NCBI GenBank assembly: GCA_965233585.1 | Contig: CBDDTI010000657.1 | Coordinates: forward strand, 1-34,377 | DNA: 34,377 nt | Source: a bacterium | GTDB lineage: Bacteria > SAR324 > NAC60-12 | Reading direction: 5' to 3' | Part shown: piece by piece, positions 12,582 to 22,321 of the stretch | Position numbering within the stretch: the stretch's first letter is position 1 | Layout of the letters: every line of letters begins with the position of its first letter | The notes under the pieces: model-generated | Database searches by the model: none | What the model saw: only the letters and a program-made list of their open reading frames with translations | What the model was told of the DNA's origin: nothing | Program-made: the position numbers and the translations under genes

Positions 12582-12623
12582 GATTAGTTCATAATATATT
12601 TTTTGAGATATTATGAATTAATC
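12582..12623 (-). terminator. AT-rich hairpin downstream of the left-arm gene cluster
   Basis: gattagttcataatat (12582-12597) / atattatgaattaatc (12608-12623): 16-bp stem with one mismatch, 3 nt past the stop at 12627. Confidence 0.55.
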
Positions 12624-12626
12624 AAT

Positions 12627-12839
12627 TTATGCTTTCCATTTCCCTATTCCATCCCACCAGTGTTCAATCACTCTCATTTGTGTTAAGCACGGTTTGTTTG
12701 TATCATTTAGTTCATCCATCGCTATTGATAAAAGAGTTATGTTGATAATCATTGCGTTGAATTCTCCATCACGGTTGAGTTCTTTACCACAATCAATGAT
12801 TACTTTTTTATCAGTTAAGTTTTCATACATCTTTTTCAT
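12627..12839 (-). CDS. Hypothetical viral protein, 70 aa
   Basis: Co-oriented with its neighbours, same composition, followed by a hairpin. Confidence 0.5.
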   Translation of the reverse strand: MKKMYENLTDKKVIIDCGKELNRDGEFNAMIINITLLSIAMDELNDTNKPCLTQMRVIEHWWDGIGKWKA

Positions 12840-12872
12840 TATGTCAAATCTCCAGAACGAAAAGATTACAAG

Positions 12873-13115
12873 TTAATTAACTCCATCCTCTTTCTTTAAC
12901 CTGTCAATTACTTTTATCCATAATTGTTTTCCTTCCTCATCGTCTGGTGAAGGCATAGGATGACACTTTACAAAGTCTCTAATCTCTTCATCTTCTTTTT
13001 CTATTTGTTTTCTTTCCCAGTCATCGTCCTCACTATCACTACCAAAGTCAGCATATATACCAATATTCCCTGTATCTATAACCTCAATTGTTTTTGCTCT
13101 AAAGGCTTTACTCAT
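12873..13115 (-). CDS. Hypothetical acidic viral protein, 80 aa
   Basis: ATG preceded by the ACTTAAAGA...TATATA motif. Confidence 0.65.
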   Translation of the reverse strand: MSKAFRAKTIEVIDTGNIGIYADFGSDSEDDDWERKQIEKEDEEIRDFVKCHPMPSPDDEEGKQLWIKVIDRLKKEDGVN

Positions 13116-13145
13116 TTTCTCTTATTATATATAGTTATTTGTTCT

Positions 13146-13799
13146 TTAAGTATTTACCACTTTTTGTAGGTGCTCTTTTATTTCTTCTTGATTACAGTAT
13201 TTCTCATAACCCTTGAACAGTTCTTCAAGGTATTCACGCAAAAATATTTCCATAATGTCTTTTACCTTACAATCCCTATTTCTAAATGTAAAGGTCCCAT
13301 CGTTTTGAGGAAACCACCACTCCCGTTTGTTCTTACAATACTTCATATATGTAAGGTCGTGAAAGTTTTTAAGGAAATGGTAGGTAGTTTTCCACTCCCT
13401 TTTCACAAAAGACTTAATCGCCATTAAGAATAGTTTGTCATGCTTGAAATCTTGCTTGAGTTTGAATGTATCCATTAAAACATCAATCTCTCTTTTCATT
13501 TGCCGAGTGTTTGTTCGATTAGTATTAGACAAATAGATAGGTGATTTCTCCATCCTTGTTTTGAAGAAATAGATTGTCTTTTCTACTCTTGTCAGTTTTT
13601 TATCATTGAAGTAGTCAAAATGATAATTGAAATCTATGTATCTACGCTCCCTATCATTTAAGTCTTTACATTTTTCACAGTGAAGGTTGTAATCACATAT
13701 CTCATCACGAACTCCAGCAGGGAAAATGTTGTTCAATAAAACCTTTACTTTAGTCATTTCTTTCTTACAACATCCACAGTTTTTAAAAGTAAATAGCAT
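13146..13799 (-). CDS. Hypothetical viral protein, 217 aa, Cys clusters CGCC and HCEKC
   Basis: Long ORF in AT-rich DNA, with the same upstream motif. Confidence 0.75.
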   Translation of the reverse strand: MLFTFKNCGCCKKEMTKVKVLLNNIFPAGVRDEICDYNLHCEKCKDLNDRERRYIDFNYHFDYFNDKKLTRVEKTIYFFKTRMEKSPIYLSNTNRTNTRQMKREIDVLMDTFKLKQDFKHDKLFLMAIKSFVKREWKTTYHFLKNFHDLTYMKYCKNKREWWFPQNDGTFTFRNRDCKVKDIMEIFLREYLEELFKGYEKYCNQEEIKEHLQKVVNT

Positions 13800-13822
13800 C
13801 CTCTTACTATATATAGGTATTT

Positions 13823-13833
13823 TTTCTTTAAGT
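13823..13833 (-). promoter_or_regulatory. Representative copy of upstream motif ACTTAAAGAAA...TATATA (putative promoter)
   Basis: Plus-strand tt(t)ctttaagt at 13142, 13823, 14375 (one extra T), 30635, 30778 and 31227, each ~20-35 nt upstream of a minus-strand start. Confidence 0.6.
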
Positions 13834-13851
13834 AGTTTTTTGGGGTCTCTT

Positions 13852-14343
13852 TCAGTTTTTGGGTTTTCTGTTGTCCTGTATCCACTGTAATCGCTTCATT
13901 CGTTGTGTTTCACTACTATCACTTTCATAATTTTTATCTTCAAGTTCTTCTTTCTTATCTTCATTCCTTACTTCTTCTATCATCCTTCTGATTTTATCTA
14001 TACCGTGTTCTTTATCAAATCCTTCCATTACATTTCTCACCCTTTCAAGACCGATATGTCGTTCAATCTCTTCGTCTGTCATTTGTCGGAATTGTTCTTT
14101 ATATTCTTCATCATACTCGTCTTCCTCTTCATCTTCATAGTTCATAAACATTTCCATTCGTTGCTTTTCCATTTCCAGAAGTTTGTTTTCCATCTGTTGG
14201 AATTTCATTTGTTTCTTGCCACACTTTCCACAAAAATTTACAAAGGTTTTAAGCAAATGACCCCAGTTAGGTTTTTTGTAGTCGGCACTGTTTAGATTGA
14301 TACACTCACTCATTATACGACATCCACAGTCAAATTTAGTCAT
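13852..14343 (-). CDS. Hypothetical viral protein, 163 aa, N-terminal CGC...CGKC, acidic coiled-coil
   Basis: ORF with the same upstream motif. Confidence 0.7.
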   Translation of the reverse strand: MTKFDCGCRIMSECINLNSADYKKPNWGHLLKTFVNFCGKCGKKQMKFQQMENKLLEMEKQRMEMFMNYEDEEEDEYDEEYKEQFRQMTDEEIERHIGLERVRNVMEGFDKEHGIDKIRRMIEEVRNEDKKEELEDKNYESDSSETQRMKRLQWIQDNRKPKN

Positions 14344-14429
14344 CTTGTTTAGTCTTACTATATATAGGTATTTTTTCTTTTAAGTATATTTTTTCAGTGT
14401 TGATAATTTTAAATCTAATACTATAATAT

Positions 14430-15371
14430 ATGGCAAGGAGACTATCAAGAGATGACATCATAAGCAATGTCTATTACAATCTTGAAACGGGCTTCGGCTC
14501 AATCAATGAGACCCTCAAAAAAGCGAAGGAACAAGACCCGACCATCAACAGGGTGGATGTGGAAACCTTTATGAGGAAACAACCCAACAAACAGATTAGG
14601 AAATACAGAGGTTCAAACTCCTACACCGCACCGTTCGCAAGGTTTGAGTATCAGATTGACATAATGGATATGAAACCCCTTACCAAAGAACCAGAGGTTG
14701 AAGTTCCAATCAAGAATGGTGAGCCGAGATATGGGTTGGTAGTCATTGACATCTTCAGCAAGTTGGCTAACGTCGTCCCTATGAAAGAAAAATCAGGACC
14801 ACTCACATTGTCAGCAATGAAAGAGAGTTTCAACAAAATGGGTTTTCCAATGTCCGTTTATAGTGATAATGACCGTGCCTTCCAAGCGGGAGTTAAAGAC
14901 TTTTTCGAGAAAGAAGGCATCACTCACGTCGTCACCCTAACACACGCTAATGTTGTGGAGCGTTTCATCAGAACAATGAAAAATATGATACACGATAGGG
15001 TCAGGTTTAATCGTGGTAGTTGGACTGCTATGTTGTCCAAAGCGTTAGATAAATACAACGACACAGTCCATTCATCCACAAAAATGAAACCCAAGGACGC
15101 CCACGACGACAAAAACCATATGGACGTCAGGGTCAATTTGACAAAGAGGGAAAAGAACACTCGCAAATACCCAGAGGTCAAAGTGAATGATATGGTCAAG
15201 GTCTTTGAGAAGAAAAAGGACAACTACACGGAGAGGAAGGAGTATAACTCAAAGTGGAGCAACCAATCCTACAAAATCATCAAGATAGAATACGACGATG
15301 TCGGAAACAGAACCTTCAAACTGGAGAGTCTTAAAAAGCCGTATTTGAGACACGAAATTTTGAAAGTATAA
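14430..15371 (+). CDS. Retroviral-type (rve) DDE integrase of Polinton/Maverick type
   Basis: Motifs YYNLETGFGS, YQIDIMD (D1), VVIDIFSK, YSDNDRAF (D2), ANVVERFIRTMK (E), YNDTVHSSTKMKP. Intact 313-aa ORF. Confidence 0.93.
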   Translation: MARRLSRDDIISNVYYNLETGFGSINETLKKAKEQDPTINRVDVETFMRKQPNKQIRKYRGSNSYTAPFARFEYQIDIMDMKPLTKEPEVEVPIKNGEPRYGLVVIDIFSKLANVVPMKEKSGPLTLSAMKESFNKMGFPMSVYSDNDRAFQAGVKDFFEKEGITHVVTLTHANVVERFIRTMKNMIHDRVRFNRGSWTAMLSKALDKYNDTVHSSTKMKPKDAHDDKNHMDVRVNLTKREKNTRKYPEVKVNDMVKVFEKKKDNYTERKEYNSKWSNQSYKIIKIEYDDVGNRTFKLESLKKPYLRHEILKV

Positions 15372-15394
15372 AAAATTATCTATAATATTAATAT

Positions 15395-15739
15395 ATGACA
15401 GAGGTAGTCGTAAAAGAGATTGATAATGAAGAACCAAAGGAAGAAACAACACCAGAACCAACACAGGAAGAAGCACCGAAAGAAGAGGAGAAACCAGAGG
15501 AAGTCATTGAACAACCCGTTCAAGAGAAACCGCAACCAGCACCAAAGCCCAAGAGGGTAAGACCTTCAAGGGCGAAACCACCTTTTGACCCAGAAGCATT
15601 CAAAAGCGACCTTGTAAAACAAATAAAGGAAGAACTGCAAAGTGCGATGTCCGCCAGAGACACCTACAACAAAGCCAAAGAGGAAAAGAACAAAGCGACG
15701 AGAGAGAAATTGAAATCTTTAGCATCAAAAATTTTATAA
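15395..15739 (+). CDS. Hypothetical Glu/Pro/Lys-rich protein, 114 aa
   Basis: TCTA 12 nt upstream of the ATG; low-complexity charged protein. Confidence 0.7.
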   Translation: MTEVVVKEIDNEEPKEETTPEPTQEEAPKEEEKPEEVIEQPVQEKPQPAPKPKRVRPSRAKPPFDPEAFKSDLVKQIKEELQSAMSARDTYNKAKEEKNKATREKLKSLASKIL

Positions 15740-15755
15740 AGTATTATATATAAAA

Positions 15756-16040
15756 ATGAACATCAAGGAACAGAAAACGGAACTCAACAAAAAAGACATC
15801 TACGAAAACGTCCGCAGGGACATCAACAGAAAACAAACCGTCCATTCAAACAAAAGCGCCAACTACAGGAGCGGAACGCCAGAAATGCCAGACAGAAGAA
15901 AAAAGTGTATAGCAGTTATGACCACTACTAACACAACGACAGCAACACGGCAAGGATGCCAACTCACAACCATCATCTTTATCTTAAGCGTCTTCTTGAA
16001 TATCACAACACCGAGCACGACTACAAGGTCTTACGGGTAA
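15756..16040 (+). CDS. Hypothetical protein, 94 aa, 3' end uncertain
   Basis: AT-rich leader and ATG; overlaps the next ORF, so it may be frameshifted. Confidence 0.4.
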   Translation: MNIKEQKTELNKKDIYENVRRDINRKQTVHSNKSANYRSGTPEMPDRRKKCIAVMTTTNTTTATRQGCQLTTIIFILSVFLNITTPSTTTRSYG

Positions 16041-16207
16041 AGCAGAGGATGAAGGAAGAGAATGAGATGCTACAGAACGAAATGACAAGGTTGAGGGAGG
16101 TGAGGAAAAATCACAGATTGGAAGATTACGGGGCGAACGTCCAGAATATGAAACAGAGAATTGATGAATATAAGCGATGGTTAAGGAGCGGTGATGTGAG
16201 TGATTAA
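15956..16207 (+). CDS. Hypothetical coiled-coil protein, 83 aa
   Basis: ORF co-oriented within the cluster. Confidence 0.5.
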   Translation: MPTHNHHLYLKRLLEYHNTEHDYKVLRVKQRMKEENEMLQNEMTRLREVRKNHRLEDYGANVQNMKQRIDEYKRWLRSGDVSD

Positions 16208-16279
16208 CGAACATCCAAACAATGGTTGAGAGGTGATACACAAGATTAATATAAAAATCTAAAGTATTAATATATAGCA

Positions 16280-17568
16280 ATGACAGCAGAAGTAATCAAC
16301 GCAAAACAGGGATTGACACGAATACCCACTTATGCTGAATTGATTAAGGAGATAGACAGAGACAAATACAAAACAACGGAGATAAGAAAAGTCTTTGACA
16401 GGAATGCTTGGTTTCACCACGAGTCGCCCATCGGTCAAGCACTGAACACAAACAACATCCACCCAGCAGACTTACAACGAATGAACTTTAAAAAGATGGC
16501 AGAGGAAGCGACCGCGCGGAAGGAAGAAGAAACACCCAGCCTTGACTTTGAAGATATGACAGACTTGAGGGACGACGCCATCAGCGACTTTGAGATGTCC
16601 TTTGACAGAGAGGCGGAGTTGAGGGAAGAGAACAAACGGAGAGTAGCAGAACAGACCAACTTAAGTCATTCACAAGACCACTATATGGCAAACAAGGGCA
16701 CATACGACACCATCGGGGCAACAGCAGCGGCAGGAATACAGGAAGACGAAGAACCACCTTCAAGCGGTAGAAGCGTTTTAAAGCAATTCCTTAAGTCATC
16801 CAAGCCAGTCATCAAAGCAGTCGCCACAGCAGGAGGAACAGCAAAGGGAGGGTCAATAGGAGGACTTATAGCATCAAAACTGACGGATGCCATCATACCC
16901 GACGACGACGAAAAGGAGAAACAAACACAAAAGATGAAACCAACGAAGAAGACCATAAAAGACCAAGTCAATAAAATCACCAAACCCAAAAACCCCAAAG
17001 ACCCAAAAACAAAAATGGATGTAGATTTAGCGCCAGAAGAAGACAAACATCAAGCAAGTTGGTAGAGAAAAGGAGACCGACGGGAAACAGGACGTCAGCA
17101 TTCAAGAGACAGAAACCAAAACCGCCAACGCAGGAGAAGAGAGAGTTTCAGGAAGACCCATCCACAACCACCAAACCACCCAAAGCAAGACGAGTAAGAG
17201 GAAAGCAACCGCAACCCCAAGCATTAGGAGCAACCATCAACATCCCCAAAGACAACAAGACACCCAACGTAAATGAAGCAGAGACAGCACAGGAAGAAAC
17301 AGGGGCATCGTCATCTTCATCAAAAGCACCAGTCAGGAAACCAACAATGAACAAAGCAATATCACCAAGCAAGGTAGGAATACAAGTGATACGAGAGAAG
17401 TTTGAGGAAATGAACAACAGCAAAAGCATAGACACGGCAGACTATCAAAGGTTTCAGGAAGTCTATGGTAAGTGGAAATCAAGCAAAGGAGAAGATAAGA
17501 AACAACACCTCAAGGAAGCAAAGGAACTTTACAAGTCAATCATCTATCCAAAATTGAAATCAAAATAA
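16280..17568 (+). CDS. Charged, Lys-rich protein, probably one gene split near 17050-17065 (ORFs 16280-17065 and 17059-17568)
   Basis: TCTA promoter only before 16280. The second ORF starts at TTG, overlaps the first stop and has no AT-rich leader. A hairpin follows 17568. Confidence 0.55.
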
Positions 17569-17601
17569 TTGATAATAACATTCAATAATATTATTATCAA
17601 T
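17568..17601. terminator. Hairpin between convergent genes
   Basis: attgataataa (17568-17578) / ttattatcaat (17591-17601): perfect 11-bp stem filling the intergenic gap. Confidence 0.6.
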
Positions 17602-18347
17602 CATTCCACCGTAATTCTTTGATTTAGATTTTTGTAAAACATCTTCTTCTTATCCCTTTCCATCAAATCAATATATAAAAAACCGTGCTTGTCATCAGTG
17701 GCAACTCGGTAAATCTTGTCTAAAGTTTTCTTGTCATACAACCCGCTCAATTCTTCCAAAATCGCATCCAAATCTTTTTGATTACGAAGCCTGAAGATGA
17801 AAAGTTGTGTGGCGTTCTTTCTAACCACTGGTGATATTTGGGTGTAGGATTGTGAGGTGATGAAGGTTGAAATATACCAATGCCTACCTTTGGTGAAGAG
17901 TTTGATTAACTCCTTGTTTTTTCTTACCACCTTTTCGTTGTCCGCCCAGTCGTCTATGATGATACAAATGTTGAATAGGTGCTTGTAGTCCTTTTCTTTC
18001 ATATACTTTATAATCCCTTCCTGTGTGTCTATTACCTTTTTCAAATCCTTTTCTTCAAAGGTGTCAAAGTAAATGGGGTCTTCATCCGTATGTTTGATGT
18101 CCATTTCTTTTTCAATGTATCTTTTTACAACCGTCCAGTTGTCATCAATAAAAACGGTCGGTGAGAAGATGTAGATTTTTTCAAAGCAACCCTTGTAGAT
18201 GTCTAACACCAAATTTGTCAAGGCAACCGTTTTACCTGTTCCTGATGGAGCGTTCAACAAAATCCTTGCGGGAAGACACGCCATATATCCATAGGATGAC
18301 TGCTTACAATTATATTCTTTATGTTTGTAGGGCTTTATATTTATCAT
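17601..18347 (-). CDS. A32/FtsK-HerA family genome packaging ATPase
   Basis: Walker A APSGTGKT, IYIFSPT, Walker B IIIDD, KGRH, TSQSY...VRKNA. Intact, 248 aa. Confidence 0.92.
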   Translation of the reverse strand: MINIKPYKHKEYNCKQSSYGYMACLPARILLNAPSGTGKTVALTNLVLDIYKGCFEKIYIFSPTVFIDDNWTVVKRYIEKEMDIKHTDEDPIYFDTFEEKDLKKVIDTQEGIIKYMKEKDYKHLFNICIIIDDWADNEKVVRKNKELIKLFTKGRHWYISTFITSQSYTQISPVVRKNATQLFIFRLRNQKDLDAILEELSGLYDKKTLDKIYRVATDDKHGFLYIDLMERDKKKMFYKNLNQRITVE

Positions 18348-18374
18348 ATATTAAAAGTATTTAGAAATAAATTT

Positions 18375-18599
18375 ATGATATAAGATATTGAAGGAAACCT
18401 TTTTCGCCTTGAATGGGTTGTTGAGTGTGAAAATGGGACAGTTGCTTCAATCCGCATAAGTCGTGAATTTGTTTTCTCTTTCTACCAACAAGCAATAGAA
18501 GATGATTACTACGCTACAAGTTGCCAAGTTGTTTTCGTGAATTCATTTTCAGTGCGTTGCAATTTTCTATATCCCCTTGATGACCCCGCCCCAAAATAA
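18375..18599 (+). pseudogene. Small ORF (~74 codons) with a nonsense codon at position 3
   Basis: ATG ATA TAA followed by 71 open codons (DIEGNLFRLEWVVECENG...DDPAPK*). It fills an otherwise empty slot in a gene-dense element. Confidence 0.45.
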
Positions 18600-18639
18600 T
18601 TAGATTGTAAGGAAATATTATCTAATTATTTTATATTAA

Positions 18640-18834
18640 ATGACGCTCAGTGAATATGAAGCATATATACAAACAATAGATGATGTTGAAGAAAGAATAA
18701 CTGATGATAATAAATTTCCAGTAATAAAAGATAATAAAATCAAAAGATGTTGTAAGCACACATTGGAAGTGACCAAAATTGTTTTAAATTTTCTCAAATA
18801 TAAAATAGATGCCGAAAAAGAAAAACAATTTTAA
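18640..18834 (+). CDS. Hypothetical protein, 64 aa
   Basis: TCTA 15 nt upstream of the ATG. Confidence 0.55.
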   Translation: MTLSEYEAYIQTIDDVEERITDDNKFPVIKDNKIKRCCKHTLEVTKIVLNFLKYKIDAEKEKQF

Positions 18835-19237
18835 GAAACAACCAATCCCTGAGGATTTTGAACTGTCAGATGAAGAACCTGCCTTTGTCAATCTCAACGA
18901 GGAACAAAAACTGTCAAGCAAATTCATCACCTTTGACTGTCCCTTATGTAAGGGTAAATTACAATTGAGAAACGAAATTCAAATCAACCCGAAAGGTATT
19001 AAGTGTTCTTGTAATCCCTGCTCATTCAAACTAACCAAAAATGATAAAACGATGAATGTTAGTAGGGATGACAACGGAGACATTAAACTGGACAGTGAAG
19101 ACCACAGCATCTCCTTCAGTTGGAACAGACAAATCACACCCGAAGATAAGAAAGTAGAGAGCACTAACAAGATGATAAGCGATGTAATGAGCACTCCGAG
19201 AAGTAGCACCAGAAAGTCAATGGATGATATGGATTAA
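18809..19237 (+). CDS. Putative zinc-ribbon protein, 142 aa
   Basis: CPLC ... CSCNPC motif; basic N-terminus. Confidence 0.65.
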   Translation: MPKKKNNFKKQPIPEDFELSDEEPAFVNLNEEQKLSSKFITFDCPLCKGKLQLRNEIQINPKGIKCSCNPCSFKLTKNDKTMNVSRDDNGDIKLDSEDHSISFSWNRQITPEDKKVESTNKMISDVMSTPRSSTRKSMDDMD

Positions 19238-19359
19238 AAAGTTTCTCCAAAAACGATGTAAAGAGTAGATTTTGCGTGAAAGCAATTTGATAAATAAATA
19301 TCTGAATAAATATATAAATATTTAAATAAATAACTATATAAAAATAATATATAGTTGGT

Positions 19360-19725
19360 ATGGGAGATTTTGAAAAACAGATGGAAAAAATATTTGGTAA
19401 AACATTAGAGGAGATGAGAAGCGAGATAAAAGAAGAACTGGTGAATAATAAGGAAGAAGTGATTGAAAAATTGGATTATGTATTGGAACTTTTGAAGAAA
19501 GAAAAGGAGAAACAAAATGTCAATAAGGAGAACAACAAGGATAGAATAAACAAGGCGTTTGAAAAGAAGCAGATAGGCAGACCCATCGGTTCGTGGGAAG
19601 AAAAAAGGAAGCAATACTTTGAATGGATTACTTCGGGTAAAATCACTCAACCGAAAGAAGACACATTAGCATACTACAAAATCATTAAAGACCCGACAAA
19701 CAACTCCTACGTATTGCTATCGTAA
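19360..19725 (+). CDS. Hypothetical protein, 121 aa (coiled coil, GRP motif)
   Basis: ORF with an AT-rich leader. Confidence 0.65.
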   Translation: MGDFEKQMEKIFGKTLEEMRSEIKEELVNNKEEVIEKLDYVLELLKKEKEKQNVNKENNKDRINKAFEKKQIGRPIGSWEEKRKQYFEWITSGKITQPKEDTLAYYKIIKDPTNNSYVLLS

Positions 19726-19755
19726 TTTCATATTTTAAATCTATAAAATTATAAT

Positions 19756-20378
19756 ATGAAATTGCTTGAACTGTTTTCTGGAACGGGTAGTGTAGTGTAG
19801 GCAAAGTCGCCAAAGAGTTAGGTTTTGATGTTGTCTTGTTGGACTTAAAGGATGCCAACATCAACACCGACATCCTCAATTGGAACTACAAAGTTTTCAA
19901 ACAAAATGAGTTTAATATAATTTGGGCTTCTCCCCCTTGTGTTGAATATAGCATTGCTAAAACCACTGGCGTTAGAAAAATAGATTATGCCAACAGCATC
20001 GTGAAGAAGACCATTGAAATAATAAGATACTTCAATCCATCAGTATGGTTCATAGAAAACCCGCAGACAGGTCTTTTGAAGCATCAGGACTTTATGAAAG
20101 ATTTTGATTATTTTGACCTTGATTATTGTAAATACGGGTTTGCTTATCGCAAACGAACGAGGATATGGACGAACCTAAAAACTTGGAAACCCAGACCATT
20201 ATGTAAAAAAGACTGTGGAAACATCATCAACAACAAACATAAAGAAACAGCACAACGGTTGCCATCAGGCAAAAAGAGCGACTGGGGCGATAATCCTATA
20301 ATACATCGTCAGGATGAACTGTATAGAATTCCTCCTGATTTTGTCAATGAACTTTTCAATCATCTTCTACAAATGTAA
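19756..20378 (+). pseudogene. C5 DNA cytosine methyltransferase, frameshifted by a 5-bp duplication
   Basis: ATG 19756 gives MKLLELFSGTGSV (motif I, FxGxG). Removing one tgtag from tgtagtgtag (19791-19800) joins it to ORF 19836-20378, which has WASPPC (motif IV), IENP (VI) and RKRTRIW (VIII). Confidence 0.88.
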
Positions 20379-21187
20379 GTGAGAAGGAACAATTTACATT
20401 GTTTAAATCAACCACATTACCATAACTATTTACCAACTTAAAATGTAAGGTTCTCAACACTCTATTTGATACATTGATGTAATCTACGCTGATTATCTCG
20501 TTGTCGTAGATGACTGAACCGAAAGGAGCATTAATGGGTATTTTCTTAATGATGTTGTAAGCGCCCGTTGAACCTAATTGTTTGGCATCACTCAATTCGC
20601 TACAAGTAAGACACAAATTTCTTAATGCCAATAATGTCAAATACCCACTCTTCCAATCAGGATAGTTTAACGAAGGGGTGTAGTTCCCTAACACTTGATT
20701 TATTGGTTTTAGATTGTTCCTATCATAAGATGTTCCCGTCCATTGGACTGTGTTATATTCCATCTCATAGTCCGTCATTATCTTGAAAGAAAAATCCACA
20801 TAGTTTAAGGTGATGGTTATTTTGTTGGTGTCAAAGTCGTAGGACACACTGAAATAGTCGTTGTTGGCTCTAAATCCATTTGTTGCTTCGTTCATTTTAG
20901 TTTGAAGGGTTGATGCCAATGTAGCACCAACATAGGAGGCACTTAACATTTCAATTATGACATCCGTAGTGTTTGAAAAGTCCGTTAGTCTTAGATATAT
21001 GTTGCTGTTCAACCCCGCTTGGACTGGATAAATGGAGTTGGGTATGGTGATTTCGTGAATGTATAGTTTGGTGTCGTTCCCGCATTCCTGACTTTCGGGT
21101 AAATAGATTTCAAAATCACTGCTACTGTTGGAGTTCTGGGTTCGGTGGTGGCTGTCTATATATATATATATTTTTTAATCTACTCAT
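20356..21187 (-). pseudogene. Minor capsid (penton) protein, frameshifted in a (TA)7 tract
   Basis: ATG 21187. Removing TATA at 21157-21170 gives MSRLKNIYIDSHHRTQNSNSSSDFEIYLPES...LYIHEITIPNSIY, continuous with ORF 20356-21012, which ends IIKKIPINAPFG...LHFKLVNSYGNVVDLNNVNCSFSLTF. Both termini resemble PLV/virophage single jelly-roll mCP patterns. Confidence 0.75.
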
Positions 21188-21244
21188 TTATTATGATATA
21201 ATAACTTTAGAAAATTATTTTTTTTATTCTATACATTATTATAT

Positions 21245-21859
21245 ATGCTACAAAAAAGGATAATTGATGATATGAAGACACAAGGACGACTACAGCGGAT
21301 AAATCCCTTTAAAGAGATTGATGGCAAAGAATACAACAAGAAATATTACAACAAACAGAAGGAATTGTTGGAGAAATACAGCAAGGAGATACAACAAGGA
21401 AACAAATACTTGGAGGAATTCAACAACATCAACGACGAGACGGGACTGAAGAGGGCATACAACAACAAAACAGATTTAGGACTATACCACCATCCAGAGA
21501 ACAAGACACTTTACATAGCGGGGACGAAAGATTTTCCAAGAGACATTTTGGACGACACACTCATTCCTTTTCATATGGTTCATAGGTCAAAGCGGTATAA
21601 GACGGCAAACGACTTCATCAGAAACAACATTGACAATGTTGATAATATCGTCAGTCATTCCTTGGGTTCGGCAACAACGATGAAACTAAATCAAGACTAC
21701 AACAAAAGATTTACCGCCAGAACCTACGGAACACCAACTGTGAGTTTCAATGACAACACTGACAACAAGAACACAAGGTTCAGGGCAGTAGGCGACCCAG
21801 TCAGTATGTTTGACAGAGGCGTGGATATAACAGTCAATAAGAACAGTTATAACTTATAA
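21245..21859 (+). CDS. Lipase-like alpha/beta hydrolase
   Basis: LYIAGT...DILDD, nucleophile elbow VSHSLG, GDPVS. May extend a little further after a lesion near 21859. Confidence 0.75.
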   Translation: MLQKRIIDDMKTQGRLQRINPFKEIDGKEYNKKYYNKQKELLEKYSKEIQQGNKYLEEFNNINDETGLKRAYNNKTDLGLYHHPENKTLYIAGTKDFPRDILDDTLIPFHMVHRSKRYKTANDFIRNNIDNVDNIVSHSLGSATTMKLNQDYNKRFTARTYGTPTVSFNDNTDNKNTRFRAVGDPVSMFDRGVDITVNKNSYNL

Positions 21860-21978
21860 CCCTTTATACAATCACGGTTTTCACGCCGTCCATTTTGGTG
21901 ATATGGGAAAGTCAGAAAAGAATGTGGCAGAACCAATCAATAAGATAATGTGATTTTATTTTATATAAGTCATATTAT

Positions 21979-22203
21979 ATGGAAGACATCGTAAGGGAAT
22001 ATTTGAAGAACAACAGGCAGGAAATGAAGAAGTTGAAGAACGAGAATACCAAGGAGAAAAAGCACCTAACATACAACGAAATCAAGAAGGTCATAGAAAG
22101 CGGAAAAGAGATAAAGAACAATGAAAATAAACCTATAGAAAACAAACCGCAGAGCAAAGGTAAGAAAACCAAAAATACATTTAAAAATATAATTTTGATA
22201 TAA
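21979..22203 (+). CDS. Small basic (Lys/Asn-rich) protein, 74 aa
   Basis: ATG after an AT-rich leader, immediately upstream of the MCP. Confidence 0.55.
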   Translation: MEDIVREYLKNNRQEMKKLKNENTKEKKHLTYNEIKKVIESGKEIKNNENKPIENKPQSKGKKTKNTFKNIILI

Positions 22204-22270
22204 CTTGATTAAGTATAACGGATATTTTTAAAAAAATGAACTAAGTTTTCAACAGAAAACTTATTAAAGT

Positions 22271-22299
22271 AAATTTTATTGATTTTATCAATAAAATTT
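22271..22299. terminator. Perfect 13-bp hairpin just upstream of the MCP promoter
   Basis: aaattttattgat-ttt-atcaataaaattt. Confidence 0.5.
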
Positions 22300-22321
22300 T
22301 CTATATAGAATATATACAAGT

